Numbered from the stretch's first letter, positions 26,108-43,697 are shown. The stretch is 64,000 bases of DNA from Macrostomum lignano (GCA_002269645.1 NIVC01003637.1:1-64000), one strand, 5' to 3'. A program made the numbers and translations. Notes: generated by a model from the sequence alone, not told the origin.

Positions 26108-26864
26108 GACTGCGGCTGCAAGCAGTGGGCCTGGCAGCCACTAAAATGCATTACGTAGTCGTTTTGTCTTCTACCGAAAGTCTGTCGGTTTGTCTGTCTG
26201 TCCAGTCTGGTTTCTGTCTGTTTGTCTTGACAAATTAAATGGTGCCTCAGAGCCAAGTTGGTGACGCTTCCTGAGTGTCCCGAATGTACGAAATACAATA
26301 TACGATCTTAGCTGCATATACAGCATTGCAAAAACTTTGATTGCCCCCCAGCAATGATACCGGTGTAGCTGATGAAGGTTAAAGGAAGCTACGCACACTT
26401 GTGACCTTGGCCGTTGTTCAAAATGTCTATGGTAATTTACGTTAAGGTAATGACATTCAAGCAATGACCGGAAAACGAACGCTGAGATAAAAAAATAGTC
26501 TATGGTTGTAAGTGTGGACTTCGCCCCCACACCCCCATTCGCCCTTGCCACTCGGATCCTGATGGTCAAATTGAATAATGAAGCTAGCTGGAAGTGGCGA
26601 TAGCCGCTCATTTCTATGGCCATTACCATGAATTCTCACTTCCTGACAACCCCCCATTAACTTAAACCCTCGCTTCGTATTACATGTAGCTGCATTAATT
26701 GAATTGTCTAAGGCCGAAACAGACGGAAATGTAAATGACGATGCTTACACTTCATGTCAATGGCCAGTCCCATAGAATGCATTGGTCAATCAGTTGTCTA
26801 TGGCTAAAATTGGCGGCCACTGGCCATTTTTCGCCCAGATGAGGTGCTGCCACCAAATTAATAC

Positions 26865-26990
26865 CTTTATGCTGGCATTAATAAAACTTCTGGGGACAGG
26901 TTTGAATTTTATGTTGGGGAACATGACCTTGCGATCCAACATTATAACGAGCACTACTTCGATGAATTTGGCTGTGACGCTTCCGACTGG
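26865..26990 (+). pseudogene. Isolated fragment B of the lectin-family LamG-like variable segment
   Basis: LYAGINKTSGDRFEFYVGEHDLAIQHYNEHYFDEFGCDASDW aligns with paralog A VYAVIDQYSGNRFRFYVGQHDLRSRHYNEHHFYGSGCAGSW. Confidence 0.75.
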
Positions 26991-27519
26991 CGCGCAGGGT
27001 CCGCCCTCTTGTGGGATGTCGGCTCCTCCGCGGGATTGAGTTGCCAGCACTCTCCAGAGGCGGCAGAAGGGGCGGCTTTCGCACTCCTGGCCGTTCCTCC
27101 GCTTTGCGCTTGAGAAAAGCTTTGTAGCGAGCAATGCTACGGGCCTTCTTTTTAGAGGTCTGAGGTCCGCCGTCCTGTTGTCCAGCCACTTCGGTATTGT
27201 CCTGAGTGGCGACAGAAGCTGACTAAGAGTCACCGGAGGTCCCGGTGTTGCGAATGTCCGGCTGGGCGGCGATACCAACCGCAGTTGGCGCTCCAGCAGC
27301 CTCGGACGTGTTGCAAGTAAATGAATACTCCATGAGTCGCTGAAAGGTGAATGGGGACTAGAGGTGAGAAGCTGCTGGGCCGAAACCCCAAACCCAACAG
27401 CCAGCCAAAATATAGCGACCCGGGGTGCTTAGGCCCTTACCGGCCCGACCGCTAGCAACCGAGAAACTACCCGGCTAAGAGCCCGGCTTGGAGAGACCAT
27501 ACGCTCGTAGGCCGAACCA

Positions 27520-28300
27520 AAGGAACATCAGCGCGGTACTACACTGGTAGGCTGTCCGCATCCTGTTAAGGTCAGAGGGTGATACCTGTTCTTCAGAGCC
27601 GTGGCCAGAGGTACCTGATACGCACAGGTTCACTTCCGGACGGAGCCCGTACCCAAATCGGCCAAGACAGAAGCCAAGGCCACGGATGGGGTGCAGGTGT
27701 AGGATACAATTCCGATAATTCTGTGCTGTGGTCGGTCTGCACTTTGCGGCCGATCTGGTCTGATGGCGTTGGTTGCTCTTTGTGGCAAAGTCATCCAGTT
27801 CATGCCAGGTCTTCATGTTTGGATTTTCCAGCTTTTTGCTTTCTTCTGATTGAAGAACGAGCTTAGCCAGACCATATTCAAGCTCTCTTGCCATGTTCGA
27901 AGTTACTCACCTTGTTAGTTTGTCCAGCCGATACCATGTTGGCCTGCGCTCGTGAAGAGGGTCGCTGCTCCTCGAACGATGTTTGAGGTCCAGTCACCTT
28001 GCACCCGAAATCACACATTGGAAAGCGCGCGTTTCTGTGGGTGCATTTTTATGCCTCCTGTGTTCCACAGGTGCCATGCAGTCTCATTTAGTAAGATTAG
28101 TAGGTTTCCTTATTCTCATGGTGAAACACTGATGCCGGTGCCTTGCAAGGTCACATCCCAGCTCGATGACGCTTTCTTTACTATCTGTCCGAGTCTCGCT
28201 GAGCCCAGGTTTGCCCGCTGCACGTTCCACATCGCGATTCTCACTTTCTTCTGGTTCCAGATTCTTTGCGCAGCTTCTAAACGTTGTTTGTTCCTTTATT
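27520..28300 (-). pseudogene. Degenerate LINE apurinic-like endonuclease remnant (RTE-like)
   Basis: Minus-strand pieces KKVRIAMWNVQR (motif I), WLSSFFNQKK and NPNMKTWHELDDF resemble the TWxHP...WHxLDY motif region; frameshifted. Confidence 0.5.
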
Positions 28301-28401
28301 TTACGGTGTTTCTCTCTCTCTTCGCGTTTCGACGCCTGTTCCTTGCCCTTCTCTGCTCACTGGTTCCCGGTCCAGGTTTGCAATTTGGTTCGTATTCGCG
28401 A

Positions 28402-28655
28402 TCCGCTAACTCTTCCGCTAACTCTTCCGCTAACTCTTCCGCTAACTCTTCCGCTAACTCTTCCGCTAACTCTTCCGCTAACTCTTCCGCTAACTCTTCC
28501 GCTAACTCTTCCGCTAACTCTTCCGCTAACTCTTCCGCTAACTCTTCCGCTAACTCTTCCGCTAACTCTTCCGCTAACTCTTCCGCTAACTCTTCCGCTA
28601 ACTCTTCCGCTAACTCTTCCGCTAACTCTTCCGCTAACTCTTCCGCTAACTCTTC
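28402..28655. repeat. 12-bp tandem repeat (TCCGCTAACTCT)n, ~21 perfect copies
   Basis: Direct inspection; the minus strand reads (EELA)n in one frame. Confidence 0.95.
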
Positions 28656-30038
28656 AGTCTTCCGTGTGCCGCGTCGCTGCCACCCGATAGGCTTTCCTCT
28701 AACCCTAAGCCGTCGGTCATATCGTCCTCTGATGTCGGTGTGTCGTCTTCGCCAGAAGGGGCTCTGTGGCTATCGTCCAGCTGGTCGTTAAGTACTTCTC
28801 TTCTTCTGTGTGAGTTGATCGGTCTTCCAGGACAATGTCAGAAATTTCGTTAATCCTGTCCTGTCCCGTCCTTAATAGCGTCTCTGCCTTTCGCACAAAT
28901 TTTCCAGTTCTCTTATTAGACTTCGACAGACAATTTCGCGCGGTAGCTAATAAGTGAGCAGATTCAGCAGGTATCAAGTAGGTTGAGCAATGGCTAGAGT
29001 TACGATCATGCGCTTCCGGCAGGTTGCAGTGATGAGCCATTGTACAATAATTCTTAATAAGCAATAAAATTCTACTCTTTCCGGCTAAAGCAATTTCAAT
29101 AATATCAGTCGGCACATATGGCTGGATTTGGCAGGCCTTTTTGCCTCAATTTTAGCGGACAGCACCTGGGATCAAGTCAACAGGTCATTTGCTGTGCCAC
29201 ATGACAAGGCTGGTTCCTATAGCCAAGCCACAACGTCTCAAACATCTGGTTCTGTTGACGCCAGCACCCTACTAGCATTGCGTGATGCTTTCTAGTCCGC
29301 TCTCTGTCACGCTGTAGGCTCGTATGACTGCCTAGCAGACATCGCAGTCCAGAGTTTTCATCGTGGACTCCGTCTGACGAGGCAACCAGACAGCGGTTAA
29401 AATTAATATCGCCTGCATATGCACCGATCCGTCTAGCTTAACTACGCAGTTTATTATTTCTATTTTTATAAATATTTTTATAGCTCGTAAATTAACGAAC
29501 ACAATAATCAACACATTGCACTGCAACTCAGCCTTCCGCCACACGTCGTCCTCCAGCTCTGGTTCTTAGCCGCTTATGTCTTCTTGGCTAGATGGTTGGA
29601 AGACACTGCCGATCTTCCATGAAATCCTTCCTGAGACTCCGGAAAGTCAGGGAACAAGTATAGGCCACAAACAAGTGCGCTGTTACGTTACCAATAGGTC
29701 TTGTGTAACTTTAAAACTCTTCTGTTCGACCACAAGTTTGTTCGTCCGCCAGCTGGAAATTTATTCTTCTTTTTACCCGTTTGTATTTATATTGAAAAAC
29801 TGTCTCCTGCACAATGAACTCCTGCTAAACTGCAGTCTTGCTGTCCTTGCGCTGATCGGCTGATTGTTGATGTGCATACTGCTGAGATCGTTGATGCTGC
29901 TGCTGGTAGTGGGTTGAGCCGAGCTACGTCGGGTGCCTTAGACAAAGGCTAGCGTCCACAACGTTGGGGCCTACTTCTTAACTTTAAGTCCCCTCGCTCC
30001 AGGCTCACATTGGGCCCTCTCGTTGCTGTCCAGCCTCG

Positions 30039-30643
30039 GCTAGGTGACACGACCAAGTGACGCGACCAGGTGACACGACCAAGTGACGCGACCAGGTGAC
30101 ACGACCAAGTGACGCGACCAGGTGACACGACCAAGTGACGCGACCAGGTGACACGACCAAGTGACGCGACCAGGTGACACGACCAAGTGACGCGACCAGG
30201 TGACACGACCAAGTGACGCGACCAGGTGACACGACCAAGTGACGCGACCAGGTGACACGACCAAGTGACGCGACCAGGTGACACGACCAAGTGACGCGAC
30301 CAGGTGACACGACCAAGTGACGCGACCAGGTGACACGACCAAGTGACGCGACCAGGTGACACGACCAAGTGACGCGACCAGGTGACACGACCAAGTGACG
30401 CGACCAGGTGACACGACCAAGTGACGCGACCAGGTGACACGACCAAGTGACGCGACCAGGTGACACGACCAAGTGACGCGACCAGGTGACACGACCAAGT
30501 GACGCGACCAGGTGACACGACCAAGTGACGCGACCAGGTGACACGACCAAGTGACGCGACCAGGTGACACGATCAAGTGACGCGACCAGGTGACACGACC
30601 AGGTACGACACGACCAGGTGACACGACCGTCGTGTCACCTAGC
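30039..30643. repeat. 26-bp minisatellite (GGTGACACGACCAAGTGACGCGACCA)n enclosed by 15-bp terminal inverted repeats
   Basis: GCTAGGTGACACGAC at 30039-30053 and GTCGTGTCACCTAGC at 30629-30643; the unit is a dimer of 13-bp subunits. Confidence 0.85.
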
Positions 30644-31935
30644 TCCCTAGCCTATCCCCGTTCCTATACTTATGAGCAATTTCTTATGTCTCATAATTTA
30701 TATTGAGATCGAATAGTAGACACGTTATTTCAGTTTCAAGTTTTGTAACTAAATTGAAATTATAATATCGATACTTTCTCAAACAAAATTAAAGAATAAA
30801 ACTTGTTTCAATTTTTTAAAAATTCTTCAACTAGTAAAAGTTTCGAAAAAAATTAACTGAAAGAATTTCAAAATGCTTTTCAAGCCAAAGAGCTGCAGAT
30901 AATTGAAAATTAAGGTTTTATGTATCGAAGTTACGAGCTATTTTCTATTTTATTTTTTAACTAAATTAATTCAGTGGAGAAAAGCCCTGGTCGGTTAAAC
31001 TGATTGATTGAACTGATGGCTGTATTAAAGCTGTACTTTTGTGCCCAATTTTTAACTGATCGCAATGATCAATTTAACTGAGGGATGGGATGCCCCTCAG
31101 CCCAATGAAGCCCAATGATCTTGGGATCTCGTGCTTGGGTTTCAAAAATAGCTGAAGTATATTAATTAAATTGTTCTCAAATCTCTCCGAAATTGATCTT
31201 GCAAGGCGTAAATTTAAATAATTGCAAAAATTTAAATTAAACTCACAACAATTATTACAAACAATTTGTCATTGGTTAGTTGTCTATATGATTTCTACCT
31301 ATATGATTCTATATGATATTGAACGAAGCTTAGTTTACTTATACATGTAGGACTTTATAACGGCATTTTCTATGCCTGAAGCCCTCCCGCTTGGAAAATG
31401 TTGTGCCGATGCCTTATACTCGTAGTTAAAACCATCCCAGAAGTCGGAAAAAATTAGTTAAATTGAAATTTACGAGTTATACCCGAATTTGTCTACTGCT
31501 GCAGTAGCGCGCAAAGATTTTTTAGCAGTAGTGTGACCCAAGTAGGAAATTCGAGATTTAGGAATTTAGTAAGATTCAGTAAGTTACGAGCATAGTTTAT
31601 TTTTTAATTATAAATACGTTTATTAATTTCCCGGAAAAGTTCACTTCTGGTGGTTGCATCTGCACGAAATTTTACCTGCAGCAACTGCAGTCTGTAATCA
31701 CTTCTCAACATAACTTCCTGTGGCGCCTTGCTGCAGCGCTGCGTCGGAGGAAAATGGCCGCCATCATTTTGCCGATGCTGCGATTGCGACGAAACTTGAG
31801 AGGAGCATCTTCGTCGTTGATAACCCACTGCCGACTCTGCTCCTTACTTACTTACTTACTACTGACGGGGGGCGCAGGCGCCGCGAATAGGCCGCGAGGC
31901 CCCTATCGCAACCCCAAGGTAAAAGAGCACAAGGA

Positions 31936-36813
<4,878 letters not shown>

Positions 36814-37996
36814 TTATCCCAGGATTGCTCCCAGGCGAGGCTCCGGCAGGCCCCCGGTCCACACTCTGCAAGATCAGGGGGCGGGAGGCCGGCTGCGGGC
36901 TTGGGACACAGGCGCCAGGTCGAGTTGACAGCCGACGCCCGAGCCCTCCCCCACAAGAGCGGCCCTCGAGAACCCGTGTGGTACCAGTTGCAACTAAGGG
37001 CTGTCGATGGGTAGTTGGCGCTTAGCCAGCAGCCAACTACTTAGCAGCCACCTGCCCCGCAAAAAAGCAGCAGGGGGGATCCGTCCCCCACCAGCAGACC
37101 AAGACGAGGAAGCTAGCCGCTTCCACGCCAGGCCAGAACGAAAAGGAGGGGGAAGAGCCTCCTCGAAAAACGAAAAGCTGGCGGATGTCACAGAGTCCCT
37201 CGGTTTAAGTTGCCGTTTGCCCCCCGACTCTGCTCCTTGGTCTCATGGGTCGTAGAAGTAGACCGAAGGTTCTTTGCCAGTGAGGATGTTATCCACCAAC
37301 TTTCAGCGGCCTCCGTCAAACCTTGGCCGCCATGAGGTCGGCGAGCTCAACGCGGGCTTGCATCTGGTCAGGGCTGAGCTGGTGGGGCACCCAGCGAGCG
37401 GACAGCTTCGTCATTTCAAGGTGCTGGTGCAGGATCTTAATGATGGTGGAATCCGACACCCCGACGAGCTGCTCCAACCAGCCAATCGCCACTCACCGAT
37501 CTTCGTCTAAATGGCGTCGAACAGCAGCAACGACTCCGTCGGACACAGTCGAACTCGGCCGCCAATCACGAGGATCGTCGTCCAGAGTGGCCGAGCCGCA
37601 GCGGAAGCGTGCAAACCACTCATACAGCATCGACTGGGATGGCGCTTGATCCTGAAGAGCCTCACGCAGCGTCTGGAGTCATGTGGCTGCAGAGCTGCCC
37701 AGCCGAAACTGGACCGGGATTGCCACTCGCCTGTCGCGGTCAGTCATCTGTGGCAGCAGGGCGGCAAGTTTTCGGCCAAACTTTGGACATTGCAGCGCAT
37801 CGTTGCGACCGATTGAGCTGAAATTTTACAAGCGGACGTTGAACACTCAACTCCAACTGCTGGTTAAGTTTCGTTTGATTTGCGCATTTTTAAGCTGCAT
37901 TTTCCGGGAACTTAATAAGCACCGCTCGTAGCCTTAGAAAGAGTCGGAATACAGAATAGAATGATCTTTCCTTTCCTTTCCTTGCATTTCCTTAAT

Positions 37997-38260
37997 CATA
38001 TCAACAAGCACGACTCCAACGGCAGCTGGTCCGACATTCAACTGGCAATAAAGAACCGCATTTTGGATTCTCCTGCCATCGGACGGTCGCTGGGCGTTCA
38101 ATATCGGAACTGGACTGATGGGACTCATGAAGTGGGACTGCAGCAGCTGCAGCTCGGAAATTATTATTTACTTCTGCGTGAGGTGCTTCGGAGTCACCCG
38201 CAGGCAGCTGACGGCCGTGAGGTGCGGCAAGCGATGTCGGCCTTCTGCCCCCGAGTATAA
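37997..38260 (+). pseudogene. Fragment C: 3' part of a lectin-family LamG-like domain
   Basis: GSWSDIQLAIKNRILDSPAIG...VGLQQLQLG...(C)VRCFGVTRRQL...EVRQAMSAFCP. Confidence 0.8.
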
Positions 38261-38488
38261 GGCTAGAATTTGCGTCACTGAGCATCCGGATGCAGTACCG
38301 GCTGCAACCGCGATAACAGCATCCGGTTGAGCAGCCTCGCAGCGCAGGACTGAAGGCAGAGGCCTCTGTGCTCATTCAGGATTGTGGTACCCGGCTTCTT
38401 TGGAACGTGACGACCCAAACCAATTGGAAACTTGGCGGTTTATGCCGCTATACACTGTGCACCTTGTGTGAGCGTGTGTATGAGCACA

Positions 38489-38800
38489 GGGGTTATAGCC
38501 TAATGGTTCGATCGTTGGAATCACGACGGAAAGGTCGGGGGTTCGATTCTCGACACACTCGGAACAATTTGTGTCCTTGAGCAAGTTGAGCAAGACACTT
38601 AACTCTGCATTGCTTCAGTTAGTCCAGCTGTAAAATGGGTGCCAGCATTAGCTGGGGTAATTGAGGGTGAGTGTGGCGCCCCCCCCCCTCAGTCCTTGGA
38701 CTGAACAGCCGTACGCAGCCTGCAGATGCGCTGCGCAATGGCTGCGGCTGAGCTGTCGGTTGCACAACTGCCTAGCAATGCCCACATTTGCATATGTGCT
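38489..38800 (+). mobile_element. tRNA-derived CORE-type SINE (3' end approximate)
   Basis: A box TAGCCTAATGG and B box GTTCGATTC, followed by TGTGTCCTTGAGCAAG...ACACTTAAC...CAGCTGTAAAATGGG, which resembles the MIR/CORE domain. Confidence 0.7.
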
Positions 38801-39728
38801 GTGTACGAGTACCCTATAACCGACTGCTCCGCTCTCCTGGTGTTATGACGCTCTGGCAAAGAAAGAACGCCTTGCCTTAGCCTAACAAGTTTCCCATAAA
38901 GAATTACTTAAGCGGGCGGCTTACCAGAGGGGGGCAGAAGGCTCTACTGGCTAAGCCCTCAACCAAGCCACAGGGCCAGCCAATCAGAACCCCGCCCGGG
39001 GCAGGGTGCAGCACCCGGCACGCACGCCAACCCCCCCAGCCACCCCCAAAGTGCACCGTGCCCTGCCAAACCAAGGGCACATGCACTACACCTGTATGCA
39101 GCTAGTAAGATCGTATACTTGGCAACAGTCAAAAGTTCCAACCCTCCAAGCGAAATAAAAAATTCCTCACTTATTGCGACAACTTTTCACCCACAATTCA
39201 ACTCTCAAGTTACGCAACTGAGTCACCGCGAGGAAGGGAAAATTAATAGAATCAATAGCTCGTACTATTGATGAACGCCAGTCGCACAAAGTCATAACGC
39301 GCTTAGTAACGCGTGTGGGATCCCCTCGCACGCAGAAAGTCCTAGGGAAGCTGCTGCCAAGCGTTTCAATGGCATGACGGAGCTCCGCAACATGCTGCGG
39401 TGGATTCTCTTATCGACTGCTGCGTTTTAGGAAGTCCCAGACATGCTCGATGGGATTCATGTGTGGGGACCATTAAGCAGACCCAAGCCGACCCCAGTGG
39501 CAGTAAGCTTTGCGCCTGCCGTAAGTTGCGTCACTCGCAATAAGTGAAGCTTATGACAGTTGCTGGCAATACATTGTATTTGATTAATCGATAACTGATT
39601 GGGTACATTCAAAGACTTTGGAGAAACACCACCAAGGCATGATAGCCATATAACCACCATCAAACTGAACTGATTCGTCAAGCCATACCGTAAGAATGCG
39701 TCAAAATCTTCAGCATAGCCGCAGCTCT

Positions 39729-41402
39729 TTAGGGGCAGAAGGTCGACATCGCCTGACGCACTTCGTCGGAGCTCAGCCGCCTGCGGGCGACTCCGAAGCA
39801 CCTCAGGCAGAGTTTCCGAGCTTCAGAATAAAACGGCGACCCGAATCCAACACGGAGCTGCTGCAGTCCCAATACATCCGCATCGAATGTCGAGTTCCAA
39901 TATTGAACTCTCAGCGGCTCTCTGATGGCAGGAGAATCCAAAATGCCAGCCTTGATTGCCAGCCGAATGTCGCACCAGTTGGCAGCACAGCCCGATCCGT
40001 TGAACTCGTGGTTGTTGCTATGCACGGTGAAATGCGTTGAGTTCCCGAGGTCGCGTTGCAGAACATTTAAAACGAACTGCTCAGCACTGGAGGAATAGAG
40101 CTCAGCACGGAGACTTGAGTACGAATTCGGATCGGAGTGGTTGCTGCGCACAGACAGAAACTCGACGCCACTTTTATTGCCTACGGTAAGCCTAAAGTAC
40201 ATTGTGTACTCTGATGTACTGAGAATCGACTCATTGAATGCCACGGGAGCTCCGACATTGTAGAACTCCCTGTATCTGGCACTTGAATTCACCTTGAAGC
40301 AGGCCCCGTGCTCTGCCGACCTCTCCACGCCAAACTGGTCCTCGATGGCGAAGGTGCGCGGGTCCAACAGGTTGTGCAGGCCCCTCCTGAAATCGAACGC
40401 AGCCACGAGGCCGTCCACCTGCGGCGGCGGCGACGCAGACGGCGGTGGCGGGGAGTTGCCGTCCGACGCCTCCGTCTTGCACACGAACCTGTGCCTGCTG
40501 TGGCACCTGTCGCTGCGCAGTCGACCAGCTGACAGCGTGACGCAGTTCACAGTCCAGTCCGCACTGTCCGGGTGTCCAGTCTCCCATGCGGGCAGCTTGT
40601 TGTCGTGTTTCCCTGAGAAATCCGTCCACTGGTAGCAGAGCTCGCGACCCGCACTGTCAGGGAAGCAGGGGTTCAGCTTGATGAGGCCGAGCCACACCGA
40701 GTCGAGCAGCTCTGCCGACTCGCAGCTGTCGATTCCGAAGCTGAGCTTGTTCACAAAGTCCAGCTCAGACTGGGTGAGCACCGACGCCAGCTGCGACGAG
40801 TTTCCCTGGCAGTAGAAGTTGGCCTCGTTGAAGTTGGCCTCAAACTGCGGCATCACGTAGCACTGCTCGTCGTGCAGCCACCAGCCGCTGGGACATCGGC
40901 CCTTCGACCGCCACCACAAGTCGACGAGACTGCTGGAGTTGGCGCTCAACTTGCACACAAACGGGTGCCGCTCGTGATACAGCGAGTTGAGCCACCACTC
41001 ACCGTCACTTCGGATCAGAGGCTTGTGAACGCTGTCCAGCTGAGAGAAGTTGTGTCTCTCGAAGCTCCCTACGCCGCCGCCGTCCGTCCACCTGTAGCTT
41101 GTAGGGTCGGCCAGACGGTCGAGGTCGGTGCCGAACAAACCGATCCAGGCGTCTCTGCAGTGAGACAGTCGGCCTACCAGTCGGTTCTCTTGCTCACTTT
41201 AAATGGACGCGAGGTGAGCCCGGTGAGACAGACACGTCTGCTCGGCCTGAAACCAGTAGTTCGGCTCGCTGAACCACTTGTAGCATGAGTGAGCTCGGTG
41301 TGTCCAGCCGTGTCCGGGACACTGAGCAGAGGCGGCGCCGGTGAGCAGCAGAGCTGCAGTGGCTGCGGCGAGGCAGGCAGCGAGTAGCTGGCGGTGCTGC
41401 AT
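39729..41402 (-). pseudogene. Lectin-family paralog D: intronless signal peptide + 2 C-type lectin domains + Pro linker + ~225-aa LamG/ConA-like domain; single in-frame TAA at 41199-41201
   Basis: CPGHGWTHRAHSCYKWF...LASI*SEQENRLV...AWIGL...YRWTDG...FVCK; CPSGWWLHDEQCY...VWLGL...NCV...C...FVCK; ORFs 41199-41417 and 39729-41138 are in the same frame. Confidence 0.85.
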
Positions 41403-41876
41403 CTGCTGAGTCGCCAATGGGAGTCGCTGATTGGAGCGGCCACTTTGAGTTGCAAATTTGAGCAGGCATTGCGAGTCGGCATTTATCCACTCGCGAGCTG
41501 CTGCTGGAATGCGTGGAGGGCGTGGAATCTCGCCAGATTGAGTGGCGCGGCCTCAGCTGAGGTTCTGCTGCAGTTGCAGGTCTGATGTGGCTGTCCAAGT
41601 CACGTTTCACTGTGGAGCTGCGATCGTGACAGCAGCCGAGTTGCTGAGGCCGCCAGAGTGAGGCCGCAGAGCCCTCAGTAGTGGCAGCCGTGTGAGAAGC
41701 GGCTCACAGATCTCAGGTCTGCTGCTTTCTCACGGGAAGTTTTGGAGCTGAACGTCACGGGCTTGAGAGTGCAGGAGATTCTAGTACATAAAGCTACACA
41801 TGTTTCCTTTTACATGCCAGTTTTTTGCTGCATCAACATGTACGAGCGTATAAAGACTGCGGCTTCTATGCAAAGC

Positions 41877-43609
41877 TCAGATGCCATGGCTCAATGGGGG
41901 AGTTGCTGAGATGCCAAGGCTCAATGGGGAGTTGCTGAGATGCCATGGCTCAAGGGGGAAGTTGCTGAGATGCCATGGCTCAATGGGGGAGTTGCTGAGA
42001 TGCCATGGCTCAAGGGGGGAGTTGCTGAGATGCCATGGCTCAATGGGGAGTTGTTGAGATGCCATGGCTCAATGGGGAGTTGCTGAGATGCCATGGCTCA
42101 ATGGGGAGTTGCTGAGATGCCATGGCTCAGTGGGGAGTTGCTGAGATGCCATGGCTCAATGGGGGAGTTGCTGAGATGCCCAATTGCTCAATGGGGGAGT
42201 TGCTGAGATGCCATGGCTCAAGGGGGGAGTTGCTGAGATGCCATGGCTCAATTGGGGGGGGGTTGCTGAGATGCCATGGCTCAATGAAGGGTTGCTGAGA
42301 TGCCAAGGCTCAATGGGGGAGTTGCTGAGATGCCAAGGCTCAATGGGGAGTTGCTGAGATGCCATGGCTCAAGGGGGGAGTTGCTGAGATGCCATGGCTC
42401 AATGGGGGAGTTGCTGAGATGCCATGGCTCAAGGGGGGAGTTGCTGAGATGCCATGGCTCAATGGGGAGTTGCTGAGATGCCATGGCTCAAGGGGGGAGT
42501 TGCTGAGATGCCATGGCTCAATGGGGAGTTGCTGAGATGCCATGGCTCAATGGGGAGTTGCTGAGATGCCATGGCTCAATGAAGGGTTGCTGAGATGCCA
42601 AGGCTCAATGGGGAGTTGCTGAGATGCCATGGCTCAAGGGGGGGGTTTCTGAGATGCCATGGCTCAATGGGGGAGTTGCTGAGATGCCATGGCTCAAGGG
42701 GGGAGTTGCTGAGATGCCATGGCTCAATGGGGAGTTGCTGAGATGCCATGGCTCAATGGGGAGTTGCTGAGATGCCATGGCTCAATGGGGAGTTGCTGAG
42801 ATGCCATGGCTCAATGGGGGTTGCTGAGATGCCATGGCTCAATGGGGAGTTGCTGAGATGCCATGGCTCAATGGGGGGTTGCTGAGATGCCATGGCTCAA
42901 TGGGGAGTTGCTGAGATGCCAAGGCTCAATGGGGAGTTGCTGAGATGCCATGGCTCAAGGGGGGAGTTGCTGAGATGCCATGGCTCAATGGGGGGGGGTT
43001 TCTGAGATGCCATGGCTCAATGGGGAGTTGCTGAGATGCCATGGCTCAAGGGGGGAGTTGCTGAGATGCCATGGCTCAATGGGGAGTTGCTGAGATGCCA
43101 TGGCTCAAGGGGGAGTTGCTGAGATGCCATGGCTCAATGGGGAGTTGCTGAGATGCCAAGGCTCAATGGGGAGTTGCTGAGATGCCATGGCTCAAGGGGG
43201 GAGTTGCTGAGATGCCATGGCTCAATGGGGGGGGTTTCTGAGATGCCATGGCTCAATGAAGGGTTGCTGAGATGCCATGGCTCAATGGGGGGGGTTTCTG
43301 AGATGCCATGGCTCAATGGGGGGGGTTTCTGAGATGCCATGGCTCAATGAAGGGTTGCTGAGATGCCATGGCTCAATGGGGGAGTTGCTGAGATGCCATG
43401 GCTCAATGGGGGGGTTTCTGAGATGCCATGGCTCAATGAAGGGTTGCTGAGATGCCATGGCTCAATGGGGGAGTTGCTGAGATGCCATGGCTCAATGAAG
43501 GGTTGCTGAGATGCCATGGCTCAATGGGGGGGAGTTGCTGAGATGCCATGGCTCAATGGGGGGGGTTTCTGAGATGCCATGGCTCAATTGTGGAGTTGCT
43601 GAGATGCCA
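41877..43609 (-). repeat. 29-31 bp minisatellite, reverse complement of the 23874-24837 family
   Basis: (GCTCAATGGGGAGTTGCTGAGATGCCATG)n. Confidence 0.95.
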
Positions 43610-43634
43610 ATTGGCCAGGTCAGGCCAGGTCGGG

Positions 43635-43697
43635 CCAGGCGTCTCTGCAGTGAGACAGTCGGCCTACCAGTCGGTTCTCTGGCTCACTTTGGATTGA
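43635..43697 (-). pseudogene. Fragment E: piece of CTL domain 1 of the lectin family
   Basis: Near-identical to 41145-41207; reads SIQSEPENRLVGRLSHCRDAW. Confidence 0.8.

Noticed and set aside
29949-30624. Three ~190-aa repetitive ORFs
   Set aside because: By-products of the stop-free 26-bp minisatellite strand
30650-31600. AT-rich region with recurring AAGTTACGAG motifs as a DNA transposon
   Set aside because: No TIR or TSD pair could be defined
38489-38560. Functional tRNA gene
   Set aside because: No proper cloverleaf or terminator; it continues into the CORE domain, so it is a SINE head
41199-41201. Programmed stop-codon readthrough or recoding in the lectin genes
   Set aside because: The stops in A and D are at different positions and of different types, and fragment E shows the sense codon; ordinary mutation is simpler
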